DNA of 64,000 bases, from contig NC_043017.1 in assembly GCF_006345805.1 (NCBI RefSeq), positions 14,756,001 to 14,820,000 on the forward strand. The letters are read 5' to 3'. A program made the position numbers and the translations under genes. The stretch comes from Octopus sinensis. Lineage: Eukaryota. Below the pieces are notes generated by a model, which was not told the origin of the DNA, ran no database searches, and was given only the letters and a program-made list of their open reading frames with translations. Below are positions 1 to 12,534 of the stretch, one piece after another; within the stretch, counting starts at the first letter, position 1, and each line of letters starts with the position of its first letter.

Positions 1-249
1 AGAATGTGAACATGCAGTGGGAAGCGAGCCTGATGTTTAGAAGTAAAGAATGACGACCAGTTCCGGGCTGGTTAGGCGTTACCAGCGATGCATAGTCTGA
101 AACGAGTTTAATAGGGACGAGAAGATGTATAGAGCTTTAAGCATTTTACATATGAAAGTCTTCTAAGTCTATAAATCCTTGGGACAGGAGCCATATTTTA
201 TTACCTTCAATCGACCAAATTGGTAATTTTAAAATTTAGATACAGATAT

Positions 250-450
250 GTGAAAGGAAGCTATGAGAACAACCTTGTAGTACTAGATACAAGGAGATTG
301 TAGCAGCCCTTTATTACGAAGCACTGAATATATAAGAGGGAGCTTCGGTTTCCCTGTATTACAGGGTAATTATTATGTGAGAGGCAGCTATGGTAGCACT
401 ATATTACGAGGTGTAGACTATCTGAGACGGAGCTATAATTAATACTATCG
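250..450. repeat. Degenerate ~40-45-bp tandem repeat (GAGAGGGAGCTATGGTAGCACTATATTACG-like units)
   Basis: About 5 diverged units: ggaagctatgagaac, ggagattgtagcagccctttattacgaag, gggagcttcgg, ggcagctatggtagcactatattacgagg, cggagctataatt. Confidence 0.4.
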
Positions 451-545
451 TTTCCTTGTTGGAAGGATTCTGAAATTTCTTTACATATAGAATGTTAATG
501 TAAAATTATTTGGCAAAGAAACGTTTGTGCGTATGTGTGTATGTA

Positions 546-576
<31 letters not shown>

Positions 577-2769
577 TGATAACTGGTGTAGCTCTGGTGG
601 CATTTTCAAGGTACCTAGCTGTGATACTTAGTAGGGTTGACCTGATAAGTTAAAGCCTCGAAGGTGCAGCCCCAGTATGGTCACAGACGAGAGACTTAAA
701 CCAATTTGTTACCACAGAGAAATAGGTCTGGGTTAGCAATAGGGTTGGGCGCGAGAGAGGGAACTACCTAAAGCTCCCGCTAGTTGAAGAAATAAATGCA
801 ACTGCTCACATTTCTCTAAGAAGATATGTTACGTTTCTGATACAAACTCTTTAGATTTATTAGTTTATTGTAGAGCTTTCTTTTAACTTAGACACTTTAA
901 CAACAGATCTAAAGAACTTTTTAAAATACCTTCAATAAAATAATGTGGTTATCAGAATGTTTAAAGTGGTATGGATATCAGTTTGATCAAATTGATTTAT
1001 TTTGTTGTGAGAACTGCAGCCACACAGCTGTAGTTTATACAGGCTTCCTGCGTGATAGGTAAACATCACGACAGAAACACCGTAATTAGCGATTCGAGGT
1101 AACATGTGTTGGCACGAAGGCAAACACTCACACGTCAGGTTCACTCAACGCTTTTAATCATTTATCGAACATTTTAACCATTTCATGGCCGAATTCGTTT
1201 ATTTGCATGTGACGACTGCACAGTGGAATTGTCAGTCAGCGCTCGATATTTTTATTGTAAACTAAGTGAATTTTGATCGATTAATTAATGTTTGAACTCT
1301 GTCCAAATTATCAGATTCAATCAATTGCCTCAGTAGTTAATGCCAGAATCCAGAACGGAGGTCTTGCATTAAATTGTTTGAACACATTTAAAGCAGGCAT
1401 GAAATGAAAAATAATCTCTTTTTCTCGTTTTCACGCTCCTATTAGGAAACATTGGTCTCTACCGAAGTGAAATTCACTCCAAAATCTTAGAATAAGTTTC
1501 GTAATACTGAGTCAAAACAAAACCCTAGGAAATTGCGAGAAAAAATCGATAATTTTTTTATTTAAGGAAGAATTTGCCGTTAAAGGAAATATAAACGTAA
1601 AGCATCAGAATTTTAGTATTAATTAGTATTAATTACTGGTCGTTTGAGATAGGTAATTAATTAAGCTTTACAAGATTGATTCACCACTAATGAAGCTTTC
1701 CCATTTTGTCAGTAATAAATTCTAAATGTTTTCTGAAACAAAGACATTTGATATCGATCAATTTGGATCAGGTTGATCTGAAGTAATGGGAGCGGTGGGA
1801 GGGGTGTATAGAATTTACAAATTGATGATGATATTGAGACAATAAGAGAAAGTTCGCTAGTATTGATGAAAATTCGATCAAAGTGATCACGTTAAAAACA
1901 CAAAATGTTAGAGCTTTTATAGATTACAACTTTAGTCTGTTACTGATTTTAGTCCTTAGATTGTGACCATACTGGGGCACCCTATTGTTTCAGTGTGTCG
2001 TATTATGCACAGACACACCTATATACACAACTCTAATCTTTCGTCGATGTCTGACACATGGGAGAATAATGCAAACACCTGCAAAATCCCTTTGAAAGCG
2101 AGATTTTTTCTGTGTTGAACACTCCCTAACGCAAAAGAAACGGTATGTTCATGGCTAGGATCATTGATCCGTTCAATTAGGACTGACCTGGGGCCTATTA
2201 ATAACAGCAACAATCGTTGAATTCAGCTTTAGGACTGCGACCAAGCTGGGGCACAGAAACATACATGGCCTGAAGGGTTACAACAACCACTCCATTATAA
2301 GTATTCAGGTAGAGTCCGATGATTGGTTTTAACCTGCGAGTGGATTAACTGTAGGACCCCATAATATCAGATAAAGGTTAGAAAATTTTCTAATTTCAGG
2401 GTAAAATCGAGGACTTAAAAGAGAAATTTGCTGCCTTGCTTCACTGAAATATCGGCGGAGGCAGGTCATAGAATATGGTTGTCTCAACACAGCTTGGCCA
2501 TCGCTTGTAGCAATATTGTCAGTGTTTGGGTTGTTGCTGTTGATAAGCTAATAAGAAAATCTTCTATTCTGAACCGGATACACAAACTGGTTTAGTCCAG
2601 CCGTGGTCACTCGCAAGTGGGTAAAGTCTGGTCGTTTGTACCATGCTGTCGATTACCAATCTTCACAAACCCCTGGGCGATACTGTATGACGTCCTATGA
2701 CTCGTACGACCGGTTGCTCTCTTGTCTTGCCATAGTGTATACTTGGCCATTGAGATTATAACATTATCT

Positions 2770-2925
2770 CCGAACGAGATACCGGTTATTGGCATACAGC
2801 TGGGTGAACCAGAACAGCACGAAACGAAATGTTTTGTTCAAGAACGCAACTCACCTTCCCGGTCCAGGAGTCGAAACTACGACCTTGCAAATGTGAGTAC
2901 AATACCCTAACCACTCGGCCACGCG
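2770..2925 (-). mobile_element. tRNA-derived SINE (head plus core), octopus-type
   Basis: The minus strand reads GGCCGAGTGGTTAGGGT...GTTTCGACTCC (A/B-box-like), followed by a core (cagctgggtgaaccagaacagcacgaaacgaaatgttttgttcaagaacgcaac on +). A second, more decayed copy lies at ~3020-3150. Confidence 0.7.
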
Positions 2926-3918
2926 CTTTCACATTATCGATATTTTAGATCACCTGTGAAGTCGCTCTTCTCTCTCTTGACTCAGCTGATGTGTGATAGA
3001 TGTGGCAGAATTAACGACACCAGAATTTAACTGGTATAACACTGTCAGCTGAATAACCTGGATGAATGTGAAATGATGTGCTTGGCTGAAGGACACGACG
3101 CACCTCCAGGCCCAGGAACTGAACCCGAAGTCCAAATTCTTAAACGCTTGACCATACAGGGTGACTCAAGTTATAATATTTAAGGGCAAACAACTCTCAA
3201 ATTAATTCTCACCCCGATGTATTTTAAAAACTGGTAAGTAGAACAGTGTTTTTCTACTTCACCTTCCTGCAATAGTGTCTCTGGAATCTGAATAAACAGA
3301 TTCTCAAAGTGACAACACTAACACGATTCCATTACAATGAAATCGGTCTTACAAAAAAATTACTTGTGACCTACTTTGAGAGATCTCGGGCGTACATAAT
3401 TTATCTTGTTCTGTGTTGAGAAAATTAAATTAGACTAGCATAAAATGTGTTTCACTGACCTGTTCAGATCAAACTATTTAAGAAATTAAACACACACATA
3501 CACATATGTAGAAACACCATATAAACACACATGTATGCCTAGACCTCTATATAAATTCCAGCTGATGGCTTACAATAAAGTTACATGGGCGGGTAGCGAT
3601 TGAAGACTGCGTTCCGTAACACAATTACAGAGAATATTTCCCATTAATCCATAAACTGAAAGACACAATGTTTTAACTGTAATGTGTATTAAAACGTCGA
3701 CAAACACACTGTGTATAAAAATGTTACTTTACAATACCGTTCGTTGTAAAATTTCTCAGTCAACTTGAAGCTATGTCACAGAAGCAGAAACTCACCTAAA
3801 ATTAGAAACAAACAGTAAAAAATTACATTACGTATGAACATTATGGAATAAGACTGATTCAGACATATTGGTTCCTCAAAAATAACAATAAGATAAATAC
3901 AAGACACACACACACATG

Positions 3919-3953
<35 letters not shown>

Positions 3954-3958
3954 ATATA

Positions 3959-3995
<37 letters not shown>

Positions 3996-3998
<3 letters not shown>

Positions 3999-4307
3999 CA
4001 ACAATTGAGGGTAAAATTAATTAATTATTAATCAATTTCACCAAGTATTCAGTATGTAAAGGACCATTATAGGCGAATTCAAAATATTACATTATATATA
4101 AGGGCTTAGTAAAATAAATTACTTTGCCACATACTGAACTCATTAGAAATAGCAGCTAAAGAAATTTCTTCAGCTATTTCCAATACTTAAAGAAGATCTA
4201 TCTGAGAGAGATCTTCTTTAAGTATTGGAAATAGCTGAAGAAATTTCTTTAGCTGCTATTTCTAATGAGTTCAGTATGTGGCAAAGTAATTTATTTTACT
4301 AAGCCCT

Positions 4308-4317
<10 letters not shown>
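3996..4317. mobile_element. Short TA-flanked repeat, probably PLE-associated, ending in a 227-bp near-perfect palindrome
   Basis: 4091-4199 is the exact reverse complement of 4209-4317, centred on 4204. Both sides are flanked by (TA)n. Confidence 0.7.
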
Positions 4318-4342
<25 letters not shown>

Positions 4343-4683
4343 ATGTATGTATGTATGTATGTATGAACATAGAACAACATGAGAAAATATATAAAACCGA
4401 CACAGAGTATCACAAATATGCATATTGTGTTTAACTTTAGTTTACTGAAAATGTATTATGAATGATAAAAATACATTCCATTAAGTTTCTTTGCGTGTGT
4501 GCGTGTGTGTGCGCGTGCGCGATAATGTATGGATACCTTTGATAGGCCACTTACTGTCGAACTTGTCCTGAGATAATATCTCTTATGGGCTTATATATAT
4601 TGTGCTCTTTATGCATCATCTCCATGAGAGGTACTTTCATTTCAATACTCACTGAATTTTATGTGTGTATATATATATATATA

Positions 4684-4960
4684 TACCGGAGTAAACACAT
4701 AAATGTGAAACAAGGTGGTAAAGAGAGTACTCAAATACCAGTGGTAGAGTAATATGCTTTATTTAAAGCAGCAGAAAATTCAACAAAACCTGTTACTCTG
4801 AGTTTCCCGTTGCCGTTCATCGGACAGTTTTTGCTAGAATGGAACCGATATGTCAATTCTATCCAGACTATTACAAACGCTAAACCTTTAAAAAATGGAC
4901 TTGTTTGATTGGCCCTTTAGAAATAACGGTCAATTTTCGAGCGATAAACAAAGATGAGCT
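4684..4960 (-). mobile_element. Non-autonomous Penelope-associated repeat carrying a minimal hammerhead
   Basis: TA-run-flanked unit containing the hammerhead fold at 4785-4832. Confidence 0.55.
4785..4832 (-). ncRNA. Minimal type-I hammerhead ribozyme (CCGAUGA core variant)
   Basis: The minus strand reads AAAAACUGU-CCGAUGA-A-CG-GCAA-CG-G-GAAA-CUCAGA-GUA^ACAGGUUUU. Helix I has 8 of 9 pairs, helix II is a GNRA-capped stem, and helix III is the near-palindromic ACUC-A-GAGU. Confidence 0.7.
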
Positions 4961-4970
4961 CAAATATATA

Positions 4971-5042
<72 letters not shown>

Positions 5043-6199
5043 ATATAAATTATAAAAATTATAAAATTCGAGGAAAAACCTTACATTGAATAAAATACAT
5101 ATTGACCTTAATGAAGGAAATATAATTAATACATGGAAATTGAAATGCATTAAAAATATGCATTAAAAATATAACACAGCAATACATATTCATATTAAAG
5201 TATACATATATATCAACGAACACAGAATAGATGCGTGCGAACCCCATACATATACAGACGTATAAATATAAAGCTAAAATATACACACAAATGCATGTAT
5301 ACATATGTATACGCAATCTAGTTCGCACGCAAGCTAAAATCATGGATGGTTAAGTATCGTTCGTATTTACGAAGCAAAGCTTAAGACATGAGTAAGTGAG
5401 GGGGGCGTAAAGTTTTATGACTCTATACATGTATCGTATAGTTAGAGGAAAAAACGAAAGAAAGGAAGAGAGAGAAAAAAGAAAAAGGGGGAAGGAAAAA
5501 AAGAAAAAAGGAGGGGTGGGGAAAAATGAAATAAGAAAAATTATGTATACAAGCTGTGTAACCTCGTATATTGACACATATATAGAGAAATAAGTACACA
5601 AACAGACAAGTTCAAGTGGATACACACACATACAGTCGTGTATGTGTGTGCTTAAGCACAAACATACGCTCACTTACACATACACAGAGACGTATGCTTA
5701 CAAATACATATTCGTGGCTATACACATATTTACATCAAAATTCTAATTTTTGACAACATTGCTTTTAAAAAAATGGTGAGTGTATATAATTGATTATCGG
5801 AAGTACTATAAATTAACATAACCCCATATTTTCGGATCATCTATAAATTAAAAATCAAAGTAAGCCTGCCATCTCATATAATACATGAAATAAACTAAGC
5901 CGAAGGTTTTTCCTAAGAAATATGTAGCAATATAAACAAAATAAACAAAATATGCATAGACTTTGCTATACGGAATGGAATCTGCATAGCGCGAAACAAA
6001 TCCATCGTTGCGTTTACATACTAGTCCAAGAATCAAAATCAAATTTTCAAAATCAAAAATACAAAAAGACAAAATATATACTCTATCCATATGGTATATT
6101 TATGTTTGATATTTTAAATTTGGCGGCGTGCCTGCATAAGTTTATCAGCTCACTTCTTTGATTCAAAGAATTATTGTCTTTGAATAAAATATAGAGTTT

Positions 6200-7800
6200 T
6201 TCTAACAGGCAAAGATTGCATTTGAAATTATTCTTGTGTGCTCCATGCCTGTATGGTGCCGCTCTGTCCAGTCAGATGCCAGTCAGACCAAGATTAAGTT
6301 CACATCTAACTGTTGCAAGAAAAAATTTCTTTAGTGATAGGAATGGTAGTATAGTAGGTTAAGGAAGCAGATTAGCTGGAGAAAAGAACAGAAGGGGAAA
6401 AAATTTGGGGATGTAAAAGGACAAAGACAGATTGACACTAGAAAGAAGGGTCAGTCTATTTCTATGGTGACAGAACATTTAGGTCAGTGTGGGAGGAACA
6501 TTAAATTCTTAAGAGACCGTAAGGTTGACCAAACCTTGCTTTCAAATGAAAGCCATCAGAATTTATAGTAGAAGTTAAGAGAAAGGGAGATATAAGGAAA
6601 GAAATAAGAGGGTCTTAGTTTATCGACAGAGAAAGATACAGTAAGAAAATCAAGGTTAACACTAGAATAGAAGGCTATTAATTTTAATTTTAATTTTTAT
6701 TTTAACTTTTATTTTTATATGGTGAGAAAGAATCTAGGTCACTATCTAGAGGTCAATTAAAACCAATAGCAAATGGTAGGGGAACAGTACCTATTCAAAT
6801 TGATAGTGAAAGTCAGATTATAACTGGGGGAATAGTTTTACATGTTAAATTTAGAATAGAATTGGGAAAATGAGCAATTCTATGATTTAAGTAAGGTTAA
6901 TTTAGTTGACTATAAAATCAATTAAAAGTTGGCATAGTATATTTTCTATTTATTATTATATTAAAAAGATACAGTTAGAAAACAATAGGAAAACCTTCAA
7001 ATTTCCATTTGAAATATTTTATAGTTCTGATTTTTGAATGAATGCAAGAAAAACCTAACTCTAGACGATTATTTAGTAGATTTTTATTTTTTCTACACTT
7101 TAAAATCTCGTAGGTCTCCATAGAACAGAGTTGACAGCCTACTCTATTATTTCTGTAAGGTATTGCCCTTCTAACTATTTCCCATTTTAGGTTATATTTA
7201 ATATTATTAGTTTTGAGTTCCCAAATTTTGCCAGATAGTGTAGTGCAACCTGCCTTATGATCTAATCGGAAAGAGGAAAGATGATTGTTAATTCTCTGTT
7301 TAAAATTAATAGAACAACCGATGTAAAAAAAGTTACTATTAGTAGTTATTATTATTCATTTATAGATTACATTTTGGACTGAACAACGACCTGATGCCGG
7401 ACAATTTGATCTAATCCTACAATTGCAACTGGGGGGATAATTTCCAGATTTGGAATAATTTAAGGACAGTTCTCTCACATTGCTGTTATTCAAATTATTA
7501 TAAATATTATTTTCATTATTATAGGTAATATTGTTATCCAAAGTGGGGTTACTATTCATTGATCCATTCACATCTAACATAACAATACCTCTATTATCTA
7601 CATTATTGATATTGCTGTTATTATTATTTGTATTTATATCAAAGTTATTACTGCTATAGATATTATTGCTATCATCATTTTTGGTATTATTTTTATTTAT
7701 ATTATCCCTATTTTTATCATTATAATTATTTCTATTAATATTATTGATATTATTATTATTTTTATTTTTGATACTATTATTACAATTATTATTGCTATTC
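6200..7800 (-). mobile_element. 5'-truncated Penelope-like retroelement (Asn-rich linker, GIY-YIG endonuclease, 3' non-coding part)
   Basis: An endonuclease-coding segment lies at ~6990-7470, with an AAT-rich Asn-coding linker at ~7480-7800. The 3' boundary (~6200) is approximate. Confidence 0.75.
6990..7470 (-). pseudogene. Penelope GIY-YIG endonuclease domain, disrupted
   Basis: Manual translation: CNCRIRSNCPASGRCSVQNVIYK*IIITTNSNFFYIGCSINFKQRINNHLSSF...TTLSGKIWELKTNNIKYNLKWEIVRRAIPY...CQLCSMETYEIL...LLNNRLELGFSCIH. The VIY (7362-7370) and YIG (7317-7325) motifs are in frame, with a TGA at 7356-7358. Confidence 0.88.
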
Positions 7801-7935
7801 ATATGTGTATATATATATATATATATTATATATATGCATTTATATCTATATGTGTAAAATATGTGTGTGTATATATATATATATATATAATATATATATA
7901 TATATATAGTATATATGTGTGTCCATACGATATAT

Positions 7936-8837
7936 GTGTATTTAAACACGTAGAGAATCCCCTTATAGGGATTCTACGTGCTAGAAAGAACAGCTAAGTT
8001 CTATGACCACAAAAATTCGGGATAAAATTCGACAGGAATAAATTTGGAAATGAAAAACATTTACCATCTAGTTTCCTGGAGCAATTGGTTTCTAATCACC
8101 TTTTAGCGAGTCATGGAGAACTCACAAGGTTTGATTTTCTTCAGCAGGTCCAACCTAGTGTTAAACATATCCACACGAGACAATCAAGGCTACTTGTCTC
8201 GTGTTTATACGAACTAACTTTTCAAATTTACTGCGCAGACGCAGTCCTTCGTTGGCTACGATAAAAACCGCCAACTTATTAACCAAAAATTATCCAAAAA
8301 CTTACAGTATTTAATCATATCAAAGGGAAATGGAATTTAATTAAAATTAAAAACATTCAATTAAAATTTACATTTCCAGTGGTCTAATGCGTAAAAAATT
8401 TAATTAAAAAGACAAAACACGAGACAGGTAGCCTTGATTGTCTCGTGTGGATATGTTTAACACTAGGTTGGGCCTGCTGAAGAAAATCAAACCTTGTGAG
8501 TTCTCCGTGACTCGCTAAAAGGTGATTAGAAACCAATTGGTCCAGGGTACTATATGGTACATGTTTTTCATTTCCAAATTTATTCCTGCCGAATTTTATC
8601 CCGAATTTTTTGTGGTAATAGAACTTAGCTGTTCTTTCTAGCACGTAGAATCCCTATAAGTGGATTCTCTACGTGTTTAAATACACACTATATATATAGT
8701 GTCTTTTTAGTCTTTTTGACTAAATATATAGTCTTTTGACTAAAATCTTTTACGCGTTAGACCACTGGAATGTAAATTTTAATTGAATGTTTTTTATTTT
8801 AATTAAATTCCCTTTCTCTTTGATATGATTAAATACT
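7936..8837. repeat. Interleaved inverted repeats A-x-B-A'-y-B' (probable PLE-type terminal-repeat unit)
   Basis: A 7936-8206 pairs with A' 8415-8686 (roughly 90-95% identical by eye). B 8306-8396 pairs with B' 8748-8837. Confidence 0.85.
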
Positions 8838-8862
8838 ATATTATATATATATATGTATATAT

Positions 8863-8905
<43 letters not shown>

Positions 8906-9000
8906 AATTATTATTATATTATATATATATTATTATATATATATATATTATATATTATTATATATATATATATATATTATTATTATATATATATATATAT

Positions 9001-9050
<50 letters not shown>

Positions 9051-9089
9051 TATAATATATCTATATATATATAAAATATATATATATAT

Positions 9090-9130
<41 letters not shown>
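8836..9130. repeat. Imperfect (TA)n/(TAT)n microsatellite
   Basis: Directly visible in the sequence. Confidence 0.95.
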
Positions 9131-9133
<3 letters not shown>

Positions 9134-9292
9134 GTGAATGAATTATCCTATGTTTATCGTCAGCATGGAAAATTCGTTTAACCGAAACCTGGGTAGCAAA
9201 TTCGCGTCAGTTTGGAATGAAAACATGTTGTCTTAGAACATATGTCGAGAGTAAAGGAATTTTGTTAACATTTTCGTTCGGCCCATTCTTTC

Positions 9293-9342
<50 letters not shown>

Positions 9343-9377
9343 ATTATTATGTATATGTATATATATACATACATATA

Positions 9378-9446
<69 letters not shown>

Positions 9447-11473
9447 TTTCAGAAGGTTGAGATTGATTAATGGCTTTCAACGATTTACAACTAGCATTTA
9501 ACCGAGATGCAAATAATTGATATCAGGCCCCAACGCTTCAATTCTAATGTATGGATGCCATATTCATATGAAAGATGATGTATTGGTGGACGGTATTAGT
9601 TCAGATTCTCTGTTAGTTGTTCAAATGACGCTGAGTCCTATGTTGTCTTCTTCTTTCGGCCCATATAAAAGTCTAATCCATTGAAGCAGTTTTATTTCTA
9701 CTTTCTCCTATTTGTGGATCTGTTTCTCCCTGAGAATTGTAGCTGTAACTCAATGGTCCAGCCTGGCCCCTTTCGTTCATAGAATTACATTATGTGTTCA
9801 CGTTTCTGTGGAGTGTTCAATCACTTCCATTTAAAAAAGATGGGGGATTCAGCTCATCTTATAACTAAATGCTCATCGTCGACATAGAAGGAGAACCCAC
9901 TATCTTATTCACAGTGAGGCTAAATAAATTAGTTTAAACGAAGTTCGGTTTATATTTTATGTATTAACTGCAATGGTTTGGCTAAATCGTTAGAACTTCA
10001 GGCAAAATAGTTTGCTGTTTTATTCCGGTTCTTCATGTTCTTATTTCAAATCCAGTCAACTTTGCCTTTCATCCTGCTGTGGTCAATAAAATAAACTGTC
10101 AGTTAAATGTATTGATTTTATTGTTTGAAAGAATCAACTGTTCCACCCTTCACCAAAATAGACTCGAAAAATTCATTAAATTATGCAACAAACAGGGTTT
10201 CAGTTCCGAAGTTATATCCAGTCGGTGGGTCTGAAAGTTTTAGCAAAAGATAGATGAAAACATGTGAACATGTCATCTGTGAAAAGTCTGTGAGTTCGCG
10301 ATGTGTATTTTGTCAAATCATCCTCAAATAATTGTAGCGAAGGGCAGAATTTTATCGACAGCAAATCTCTTGTCAAGCAAGCAACAACGTTTAAACATCA
10401 ATGATTGATGTTTCAATTGATAAAGGAGGGATGAATTGGTTCAGCTTCAAGGCCTGCAGGCAATTTATCCACCATATTGAACAAATTAATGTACATACAG
10501 CGAAATATGTTTAGGATATAATCTGATTTCATTTTATTAGCAAACGGATAAACAGATTTTATTGCTTCACGTGAGTTGCCAAGAGAAGTCTCTTTGCGCA
10601 TGTCTCGGCACGTGCATTTTAAAATGCTTCGTCTATGCTTTCGGAAATCAAACTGATAATATTTCCGGAAGTAGATTTAACTCGATTTATTGAAATATTT
10701 AATAAAATAGTTCTTTCGTTTATAACTGAAATGTTAACTTTTAGATAAATAACAATATTACGGACAATTGAACAGAACCGAGCCGAATTATGCAATGTCA
10801 CGGATGTTCCCTTGCAAAGAAAATAAATACAAGTTTCATCTTAGCTAGACAAATTTTCGAGTAAATGGACATTATTATGTATTATGATTGATAAAAGAAA
10901 CTTGCCCTCCGTTCCATACAACCAGAAACATCTTAGAAATATCGTTGTACATAAAAACAAAGTAAAATAATATGACAGTTTTTAATTTGCTGATGATGTC
11001 AGGGAAATATATATATTTATAGCAGTTGCTTGTTGTGACTGGCCAGAAAATTACCATTGGTTTCATGTCATTAACTGTTCTTAGCCAAAGAGACACCTCA
11101 CCAGACCCGCCTGCCGGAAGCACATAACCTCTTTATTAAAGAAGATAATAAACTGGCCGACTCTTTACGCTTCTCGTTCGCAGAAGGCATCGCAGTAGGC
11201 CACGTCGTGGTTTGTCTTTTACAGTTGCCCCGCTGCCTGTGTGCATTTACATAGCCACGAAAGATGCTTTCTTTACGGACATGGAATTAGATTCTTATCT
11301 CCATTCGTAAAGAGGTCATGCATGCCCAGCGAGCGGGTCGGATGAATCGACTTATCATATCGCTGAGAGTAAATAACAGACTTGAAGCCAACGGTTACTT
11401 TCTAAGCAGCCATAACCAACGATTCCATGAAATATTACTGCTCAAAACAGTTTTAGTCTGCTTATGTACAACT

Positions 11474-11840
11474 AGGCTGGCGTGGCTATGTGGTAAGAAG
11501 TTTGCTTCTCAACCATATGGTACTGGGTTCGGTCCCACTGCATGGAACCTTGATCAAAAGCCTACAAAAGTTTTAACAGTGGATATAGTAGACGGAAACT
11601 GAAAAGAATCCCGTCGTATATGTGTGTGCCTGTGTATGTGTGTATTTATCCCTCACTACCGCTTGACAACCGGAGTTGGTGTGTTTACATCTCCGTAACT
11701 TAACGGTTCAGCAAAGGCGCTCTATAAAAATAAGTACCGGGGTTTTAAAAATGTCCTGAGGTCGATTATTTCGACGAAAAGACTTTCAGGCGATATCCCA
11801 GAATGATGGCGGCGGTCTAATCGATGAAGCAAGAGAAAGT
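11474..11840 (+). mobile_element. Near full-length tRNA-derived SINE
   Basis: A-box TGGCTATGTGG and B-box-like GGTTCGGTCCC; internal gtagacggaaactg; (TG) tract; core gcttgacaaccggagttggtgtgtttac. Same family as 41265-41600. Confidence 0.8.
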
Positions 11841-12409
11841 CTAATAATCCGACTGCTAGTGAAGAATAAGTTTGGGAACCTTGAATCAGGGTTGCATTGA
11901 TTACCTTATTTTAAATGAAACGTTGTTTAACTTACGTTCAAAAGCCCTTCGGGAATACATCTGTGTTCGGTTGGCTATTTTTTCCTATAACCAAACTGAT
12001 ATCAGAAAAGCAATCTAAGACTTGAACAAATGTTAGAACTACAAATGGCCAGACTGGGTTCCAAATTGCTTCTGTTTTATCTGATGGAAAAGTTATTCCA
12101 AATATTGTTGGTGTTTCTTATAATTAGGATAGAGTTAGCGGGTTTCACCGAGGCAGCATTGTGGTAACATTGATAAGAGAAAGTGGTGTGTGTGCATGCG
12201 CGCGCGCGTGTATACGCAAGCCAGGCATCCCAATTATAAATAGAATCCATCCAATTCAGTTTTATCTGTGCAGACAGTACGCAGACAGTACTAAATGGGT
12301 TAAATCATGGAAAACTGCACAAGGGACCACGTCTACAAAATACTAGATGGGGGATGTGCCTCAATCGATGTTTTTAGGAATAAATCCTTCAAAGATTGTC
12401 TTTTACTTT

Positions 12410-12531
12410 TGTATGTATGTATATATGTATGTATGCATGTATATATGTACGTACGTACGTATGTATGTATGTATGTATGTATGTATGTATGTATGTATGT
12501 ATGTATGTATGTATGTATGTATGTATGTATG
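12410..12531. repeat. (TATG)n microsatellite
   Basis: Directly visible; it abuts the 3' end of the RLE LINE fragment. Confidence 0.95.
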
Positions 12532-12534
12532 TGT

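Noticed and set aside
6535-6565. Hammerhead in the 3' part of the PLE (CUGAUG-GCUUUC-AUUU-GAAAGC)
   Set aside because: The GAAA is inside the hairpin; there is no downstream GAAA and cleavage triplet.
8230-8256. Hammerhead relic CCAACGA-AGGAC-UGC-GUCU on the minus strand
   Set aside because: The core is mutated and GAAA is absent.
10240-10330. Cys motif CEHVICEKSVSSRCVFC as a transposase C-terminus
   Set aside because: It is too short and has no supporting upstream motifs or TIRs.
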